From an uncultured virus (IMG/VR IMGVR_UViG_3300025141_000074) (Duplodnaviria > Heunggongvirae > Uroviricota > Caudoviricetes): a stretch of 64,000 bases of DNA. A model generated the notes under the pieces. It searched no databases and had not been told where the DNA came from. It saw only the letters and a list, made by a program, of their open reading frames with translations. The DNA lies in IMG/VR virus record IMGVR_UViG_3300025141_000074; one strand, written 5' to 3'. The position numbers were made by a program, and so were the translations under genes. This document shows, in pieces, positions 58,637 to 64,000 of the stretch; within the stretch, counting starts at the first letter, position 1, and every line of letters begins with the position of its first letter.

Positions 58637-59040
58637 CCGTAAAACCGGAAACAAACTTTTGGAAGAGTTTAAAGACATTATTAGACGGTGGTGACTATAT
58701 TGTTTCACGCCTTGAATCATATGTCACACCGGGTTTTCCCGATTGCATAATATTTCACAATGTTACAGGATTCTTCACAGTTGAATTAAAGATAGTTCAA
58801 CCTAATAATAAAATACACCTCTCTCCCTTCCAAATTTCCTGGAATTCACGTCATGCGATAGCAGGAGCCCATTCTTACATCTTAGTTAACCTACCCCTCA
58901 AGGGTACGGTTAAACTGTTTCACGGGTGTAAAACAAAGGAACTAGGGCATAGCACCGTGGACCAAGTGCCCGGGTTATACGAGGGAAGGCTCGAGGACCT
59001 AGATTGGCTTAAACTCCCAAACTCCTGCAAAAACCCTTAA
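58633..59040 (+). CDS. PD-(D/E)XK nuclease, Holliday-junction-resolvase-like
   Basis: ETNFW...RLES..TPGFPD...VELK...LSPFQISW. Confidence 0.75.
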   Translation: MTVKPETNFWKSLKTLLDGGDYIVSRLESYVTPGFPDCIIFHNVTGFFTVELKIVQPNNKIHLSPFQISWNSRHAIAGAHSYILVNLPLKGTVKLFHGCKTKELGHSTVDQVPGLYEGRLEDLDWLKLPNSCKNP

Positions 59041-59222
59041 ACCTCACTATATGGGCCGTGGATCCTGTGGTCCGGGCGCCCGGCGCGCAGCTTCTTCCTG
59101 TCAAGTTCAAACTCCGAAACTCCATAGGGGAAGCCAAAATCCTTAAATGATAATACAGGGTCAGGATCCTGGATGCCCGGGGCGCAGCTGGAGTGCGTCA
59201 GGAAAAAAGTTCAAATGAGCTG

Positions 59223-59251
59223 TTGCATTGTGGATAACTTTATGTTATAAT
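59223..59251 (+). promoter_or_regulatory. sigma70-type promoter with a DnaA box in its spacer
   Basis: TTGCAT 59223-N17-TATAAT 59246 with extended TG; TGTGGATAA at 59229-37. Confidence 0.75.
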
Positions 59252-59351
59252 AAGGGTAGAAATAGAGTATTTATAAGCGCAAGTATACTTGGTCTGTTTG
59301 TATGGTTAAAAGCCCGTACTCTATTTCTTATAAATAGAAATGGAGCAAAAT

Positions 59352-59564
59352 ATGGTTGTAGATGATACAATAAGCCAAGCACTCAATAGGATTGCTGATG
59401 GCATAGAAGAAAGTAATGCATTATTAGATAGGATTGCGAATCATTATGATGGGGTTGTTCCCATTATGACACGCAATCAAAAGAGAGCTGAAGCGTTAGC
59501 CGAGGAGCAAGAGCAAACTTTTGCACAAGGTATAAAGAACATCTTTAGTCCTCAAGAGCATTAA
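59352..59564 (+). CDS. Small coiled-coil hypothetical protein
   Basis: GGAG RBS, ATG 59352; ALNRIADGIEESNALLDRIANHY. Confidence 0.7.
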   Translation: MVVDDTISQALNRIADGIEESNALLDRIANHYDGVVPIMTRNQKRAEALAEEQEQTFAQGIKNIFSPQEH

Positions 59565-59887
59565 ACTCCTAAACTCCCATAGGTTATCTATAAGTAAAAA
59601 TTGTGGATAACCTGTGGATAATTTGGGCACCGGGGGCGCTGCGCGCTGACGCAAACTCCCGTTAAAAAACATAAGGCTTTCTGCCGTTTTGTGCGAGCTT
59701 CATTGTTCCCACCGGGCGCGCCCGGGATTTCCGTGGAGCGATGAGCTTTGGAAAATAAGAATGGCTGATTTGCTTGTGTCCCGGGCCTTAAATAAATACG
59801 CCTGGACCCTGAATACCTGTTGACCTTCCAGGAAGCAGGTGGTAAAGATGGTATTTAAACGAAGAGATGGGAAGAAAGAGAAAGAAA

Positions 59888-59980
59888 ATGGCGCATTTAA
59901 TAGGTATTTTAATACTCGGAACCGTGAAGGTTGCAGCTGGAGCTGCAGTCATTTGGATCCTCGTGCAGCTGCTGGGGTGA
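59888..59980 (+). CDS. 30-aa hydrophobic membrane peptide (not in ORF track)
   Basis: MAHLIGILILGTVKVAAGAAVIWILVQLLG after a purine-rich leader. Confidence 0.5.
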   Translation: MAHLIGILILGTVKVAAGAAVIWILVQLLG

Positions 59981-60120
59981 TGTAAACTCCCGTAAACTCC
60001 CTTAACCTCACTAAACTGCAAATGTTTGGTCTTTGGTTTCGGGCACCGGGCGCGCCCGGGTGGAGTGGCGATGGAGATGAGACTTGGTCAAAGTTATCCA
60101 CAAGAAAAAGAAAGATTGGG

Positions 60121-60149
60121 TTGAGATGAATTACATTTGATGATATAAT
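60121..60149 (+). promoter_or_regulatory. sigma70-type promoter
   Basis: TTGAGA 60121-N17-TATAAT 60144; DnaA box at 60094-60102. Confidence 0.7.
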
Positions 60150-60153
60150 GATG

Positions 60154-60322
60154 ATATGTGTTGGTAGCCACACATATAAAAAAGGACTACCAGTCTAAGC
60201 TGAGGAGAACCCAGTGAACGCTTATGCGTACGGAAGTGTATAAGGGCTTCCATAAGCAACATAGTTGCCAGACGCTAGACAAGATGAGGCAAGATAAACG
60301 GAGTTATTCGGCTCTTGCCTCA
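60154..60322 (+). ncRNA. Candidate small structured RNA (~165 nt)
   Basis: Directly follows a near-consensus promoter; several helices; ends in a 10-bp stem TGAGGCAAGA/TCTTGCCTCA; no convincing ORF. Confidence 0.5.
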
Positions 60323-60334
60323 CAAACTCCCTTG

Positions 60335-60450
60335 CAAACTCCTATTCCAATCTAATTGCCCATTAATACGAATCAGTTCCCGGGCGCGCACAAACTCCCA
60401 CAAACTCCTATTCCAATCTAATTGCCTATTAATACGAATCAGTTCCCGGG
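60335..60450 (+). repeat. 50-bp tandem duplication, 66-bp period, 1 mismatch
   Basis: CAAACTCCTATTCCAATCTAATTGCCYATTAATACGAATCAGTTCCCGGG at 60335 and 60401. Confidence 0.95.
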
Positions 60451-60491
60451 GGCGCCTGTCTTCAGGCACGGCAGTTCAGATTATTAGGCAT

Positions 60492-60522
60492 AAAAAAAGG
60501 GCGAACATTGTTCGCCCTTCTT
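60492..60522 (-). terminator. Rho-independent terminator for 60541..60828
   Basis: AAAAAAAGGGCGAAC-ATT-GTTCGCCCTT; the A-run gives a U-tract on the minus strand. Confidence 0.8.
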
Positions 60523-60540
60523 ATAACTATGTGGATAGGT

Positions 60541-60828
60541 TTACATAGTTAAACCCATTCTTTTCAAGATGTATCCAACATCACCTTGCAGTCTTTTAAT
60601 CAAGTCAAGTCTTGCCTCCTTATCTTCTGCAACCCACTCAACGAGTGAGTTCATTAGTACACCACTAATTAGTTTCCAATCCATACTGTCTTTTGCAGGA
60701 ACTTTACTAATCAGTTGTTCCAAGTCTCCAATACTTGCTTGGTCTTTGGAGTATTCTATTACTTCCTTCATTACAGGAGTAATATCAACGTTGTTGATTG
60801 ATTTCGTAGTAGTTAAATCGTTTGGCAT
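60541..60828 (-). CDS. Hypothetical protein
   Basis: AAAGGA RBS, own terminator, DnaA boxes upstream. Confidence 0.7.
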   Translation of the reverse strand: MPNDLTTTKSINNVDITPVMKEVIEYSKDQASIGDLEQLISKVPAKDSMDWKLISGVLMNSLVEWVAEDKEARLDLIKRLQGDVGYILKRMGLTM

Positions 60829-61137
60829 AATTACCTATCCTTTCTATTTCTAATTAATAGATATCATGCATCATCAACCATTGATATAGCTAAATGCAAT
60901 TAGTTGTGGATAACTATTGTCAATAGCTAATAGTAGTAAGTTGTGGATAACCTGTGGATAACTGCGCCCGGGCTCTTATTGCGGCTCACTCCGTTCGCCG
61001 CCCGGTCCAGACTCCCAAACTGCGAGGGGGGAACCCCCCTTTCGACTTACCTCCTCTAGAATTTTGCGAAGGCAAGATTGAGAGTGACAATCACCCCAAA
61101 AAACGTTATGACTCTTATTTGTAAAAATTTTTAAAAA

Positions 61138-62598
61138 ATGGAAACAGTTTCGAATTTAGAATCCCTCGATACAAACACGCTCAAGCTACTTTTAAGAAAT
61201 GAGCTTGCAAGAAAGCAAGAAGCCTCCCAGGCAGATTTTTTAAAATTTGTGAAAGTTGTTTGGCCAGACTTCATCGAAGGAAAACATCACAAAATTTATG
61301 CGGAGAAATTGAACCGTATAGCAAATGGGGACCTAAAAAGGCTTATTGTCAATATGCCTCCTCGTCATACAAAATCAGAATTTGCTTCACACCTCTTTCC
61401 GGCCTTTTATATGGGCCGTCACCCAAAAGCCAAATTAATTCAGACAACACATACTGGGGAATTAGCCATTCGCTTTGGACGTAAGGCCAAGAACATGATA
61501 GAGTCCTCGGATTATGAAAAAGTTTTTCCAGATGTCAGGTTGGCAGCCGATTCAAAAGCTGCTGGACGTTGGGAGTCTAATCATGGTGGTGAGTATTTTG
61601 CTGCTGGTGTGGGTGGTGCTATCACTGGGCGTGGTGCTGATCTCCTTATTATTGATGATCCTCATTCGGAACAAGATGCTCTTTCACCACACGTTTTGGA
61701 GCAACATTACGAGTGGTACACTTCTGGTCCTCGTCAGCGTTTACAGCCAGGAGGCGCTATAGTTCTTGTTATGACAAGATGGTCTGTCAAAGACCTCACT
61801 GGTAAATTGCTCGAGGCCCAAGGAAAAAGTGAAATGTCGGACGAGTGGGAGATCGTGGAATTTCCTGCCATTATAAAAGATAAACCCATGTGGGGAAATT
61901 TCTGGACCATGGACGGATTGCAAGGCGTCAAGGCTTCCATCCCACTAACCAAGTGGCAAGCACAATGGATGCAGCAGCCTACTTCCGAGGAAGGTGCACT
62001 TATAAAACGTGAGTGGTGGCAGATATGGGAAGAGGAAAAGATTCCTCAATTGGAATTTATTATTCAGTCCTATGACACAGCATTCTCCAAAAAAGAAACA
62101 GCCGATTATTCAGCGATTACGACGTGGGGCATATTTGACCCCGACAACGGAAAGGGAAAGGCCCTTATCCTGTTGGATGCGAAGCGTGATCGGTGGAATT
62201 TTCCGGAGCTAAAAAAGGAGGCCATGGACCAATTTAAGTACTGGGAACCGGAGATGGTTATTGTGGAAGCGAAGGCTTCTGGGCTACCATTAACTCATGA
62301 GTTGCAAAAGATGGGAATACCTGTTATAAATTTTACACCCTCAAAAGGAAACGATAAACATTCGAGGGTAAACAGCGTGGCTCCACTATTCGAAGCAGGA
62401 GCCGTTTGGGCGCCCAAAAAAGATTTCGCTGAAGAGGTTATCGAAGAATGCGCAGCATTCCCTTTCGGCGACAATGATGACTACGTGGATTCTACCACGC
62501 AGGCCTTGATGAAATATAGACAAGGCTACCACGTTATGCTAAAAGATGACTTTGAAGATGAGCCAAGTGCTGAAACCGCGGGGAGGGTTTACTACTAA
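61138..62598 (+). CDS. terL: Terminase large subunit
   Basis: NMPPRHTKS (Walker A), LLIIDDPH (Walker B), SYDTA, IVEAKASG, DDYVDST nuclease motif. Confidence 0.95.
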   Translation: METVSNLESLDTNTLKLLLRNELARKQEASQADFLKFVKVVWPDFIEGKHHKIYAEKLNRIANGDLKRLIVNMPPRHTKSEFASHLFPAFYMGRHPKAKLIQTTHTGELAIRFGRKAKNMIESSDYEKVFPDVRLAADSKAAGRWESNHGGEYFAAGVGGAITGRGADLLIIDDPHSEQDALSPHVLEQHYEWYTSGPRQRLQPGGAIVLVMTRWSVKDLTGKLLEAQGKSEMSDEWEIVEFPAIIKDKPMWGNFWTMDGLQGVKASIPLTKWQAQWMQQPTSEEGALIKREWWQIWEEEKIPQLEFIIQSYDTAFSKKETADYSAITTWGIFDPDNGKGKALILLDAKRDRWNFPELKKEAMDQFKYWEPEMVIVEAKASGLPLTHELQKMGIPVINFTPSKGNDKHSRVNSVAPLFEAGAVWAPKKDFAEEVIEECAAFPFGDNDDYVDSTTQALMKYRQGYHVMLKDDFEDEPSAETAGRVYY

Positions 62599-63578
62599 TG
62601 GCAGATTATACAGTATTAGAAAACGCATCGGAAAGAGAACCTAGAACATGGTGGAAGGACCCTTTATTTTATAAAGGACTTGGACAATTTCTTCCCACTG
62701 TAGGAAAAGATTATTGGAATACCGCCATGTCGTCAGCTGGGGGTGTATCTGATTTTATTCCTGGACTTAACCTACTTAATCCTGGGGAATTTTTCATAAA
62801 TAGAATGTTCAGGGATGAAGAGGCGATGGAGTCAGACCCAACGTTCGATATAGTCTCTGACAGAGAAATTAAAAAAATTAAAAATGACCCTTATTATGGT
62901 CCTCTCTTAGAGGATATGATGGCTGAAGGGGTAACGGAAGATGATGCGATTTTTATGTTTAAAGCGGCTCCATTCATGAGCCAAGATCCTAACGAATCGT
63001 GGCTTGACTGGGCAATGGATGGGCCAGCGTGGAAAGAACGCGCAAAGGCGTTTCCATATGTTGGTGGTGATATGTTACAGATGATTGGAAATGAAATATT
63101 TCAGCCAAGTTTGGTTGATGATTTTAATCCGTACGCGGAAGGTTTTGGAAAAGCGCGTATGTGGGCCAACATCGCTCCTCAAGTTGCCAATATGTATTTT
63201 ACACGAGGAACTGGCGCACCTATAGTAGGGGTGTCAACTTTGATGAATAAGCTTTCTCCAAAACTTAGAAAAACAATTCAACAAGGATTACCTGTGACTA
63301 CAGGTGCACCTAATAAGTGGTCAAAGTTTGGAAGAAACATGGTCCTTCAAGCACCAACTAATCCTCTTAATCCTTGGGGCATGAATTTTTCAGCAGAAGC
63401 GGCTGAGCCAAGTAATATTTCAGATTCATGGGATCGCGACCCAGTAGTATTTGATTCTTATATGCAAGACAAATTAAACAATTATAGCCCACCAAAGCCA
63501 AAACCAAAACCTAAACCAAGAATAGGAATTGGATTTGGCGACGGCCCAACACATTGGGGCGGCGGGGATATTGAGTAA
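62598..63578 (+). CDS. Hypothetical protein
   Basis: 326-aa ORF coupled to terL; (PK)n run near the C-terminus. Confidence 0.7.
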   Translation: MADYTVLENASEREPRTWWKDPLFYKGLGQFLPTVGKDYWNTAMSSAGGVSDFIPGLNLLNPGEFFINRMFRDEEAMESDPTFDIVSDREIKKIKNDPYYGPLLEDMMAEGVTEDDAIFMFKAAPFMSQDPNESWLDWAMDGPAWKERAKAFPYVGGDMLQMIGNEIFQPSLVDDFNPYAEGFGKARMWANIAPQVANMYFTRGTGAPIVGVSTLMNKLSPKLRKTIQQGLPVTTGAPNKWSKFGRNMVLQAPTNPLNPWGMNFSAEAAEPSNISDSWDRDPVVFDSYMQDKLNNYSPPKPKPKPKPRIGIGFGDGPTHWGGGDIE

Positions 63579-63615
63579 TGGACCAAGGACCTTGGAACGA
63601 GTTTGAGGGCTAGGG

Positions 63616-64000
63616 ATGGCCATTTGGATCAACATAGCATTAGCAATCCCCAAGGTATTAAGGGCGGTTTCTAAGAAGGGAATAGATAAGAGCACTATAA
63701 AAGGATTGGTCAGAAAACAGCTTTCCGAACAGCCGGAATTCGCCAATAATTATTCGTCATTTTTTAAAAAAAGAGTGGATCCTGTAACGGGAAAACCAAC
63801 TACTACCCAAGGATCTAATTATTCCACAACTTTTGATGATGCATGGAATTCTGATGTAGTTACAGCTGAATTAAAAAAATTAGGAATTAAGAGAGCCTAT
63901 AGTGGTAAAGTCACTGGAGTATTGGGCGGAGAAAAAGGGGTTGATAAAGCGACAGGAAAAATAATTCGTGCCCATTCCGAAGCATCCAAAAAGAAATTTT
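63616..64000 (+). CDS. 3'-truncated ORF (not in ORF track)
   Basis: ATG 63616, MAIWINIALAIPKVLRAVSKKG..., open to the window end. Confidence 0.65.
   Translation, partial: MAIWINIALAIPKVLRAVSKKGIDKSTIKGLVRKQLSEQPEFANNYSSFFKKRVDPVTGKPTTTQGSNYSTTFDDAWNSDVVTAELKKLGIKRAYSGKVTGVLGGEKGVDKATGKIIRAHSEASKKKF

Larger units (their letters stand above)
59011..60456 (+). repeat. Seven bipartite repeats: AAACTCC (mostly doubled) followed 44-60 bp later by CCG(3-5)CGC
   Basis: AAACTCC at 59011/19, 59109/17, 59563/71, 59653, 59984/94, 60324/36, 60392/402. GC motif at 59072, 59177, 59630, 59712, 60046, 60380, 60446. Confidence 0.9.
59229..60961. promoter_or_regulatory. Cluster of seven perfect DnaA boxes (TTATCCACA) plus one 8/9 match
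   Basis: TGTGGATAA at 59229, 59602, 59613, 60905, 60942, 60953; TTATCCACA at 60094; TGTGGATAG at 60530. Confidence 0.85.

Noticed and set aside
60200..60220. Hammerhead ribozyme core (CTGAGGA)
   Set aside because: No stem II closed by GAAA follows, so the catalytic core is incomplete.
59011..60456. CRISPR array interpretation of the repeat locus
   Set aside because: The repeats are bipartite and degenerate with irregular spacing (66 to >400 bp) and contain genes; there is no constant 23-47 bp repeat and no cas gene.
60315..60548. 77-aa ORF with an internal repeat
   Set aside because: TTG start without an RBS; it merely translates the 66-bp tandem duplication and runs through a terminator.
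60890..60923. Minus-strand promoter with TTGACA and a DnaA box in the spacer
   Set aside because: TTGACA is present (60918-23) but there is no acceptable -10 hexamer at 16-18 bp spacing.

Overview
The window holds almost the whole genome of a tailed dsDNA phage with podovirus-like architecture. It is cut inside genes at both ends, which may be two parts of one large gene. The host is probably an alphaproteobacterium, based on a GcrA-like regulator and an alpha-type RpoH promoter; this is an inference. Gene order: portal, GroES, scaffold and major capsid (1.6-11.6 kb); adaptor genes and a mosaic tail-fibre cassette array (11.7-24.8 kb); tail stabilisation and putative ejection proteins (24.8-35.8 kb); lysozyme and a block of ORFans, two of them ADP-ribosyltransferase-like (36-39.2 kb); replication genes (exonuclease, Hsp20, SNF2 helicase, primase, HNH, UvrD helicase, PolA; 39.2-49.7 kb); accessory genes (glucosaminidase, PAPS-reductase/DndC-like protein, 2OG-Fe(II) oxygenase, GcrA-like, SufE; 49.7-53.1 kb); small genes; terS; a resolvase-like gene; a ~2 kb repeat-rich locus; terL. 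I recognised no integrase, RNA polymerase, tRNA or CRISPR array. The most unusual signals lie outside the ORF track. (1) The terS-terL interval has seven bipartite AAACTCC...CCGGGCGC repeats that bracket three small expression cassettes, plus seven perfect DnaA boxes. (2) There are three candidate structured RNAs at ~11.64 kb, ~54.84 kb and ~60.16 kb. (3) Putative virion cargo proteins share an N-terminal amphipathic helix and/or an xxGG tag. (4) A DndC-like PP-loop protein sits near SufE. (5) Missed microproteins include a 28-aa, 8-Cys metallothionein-like peptide and an overprinted ArfA-like ORF. All family assignments come from motif recognition by eye; no searches were run.
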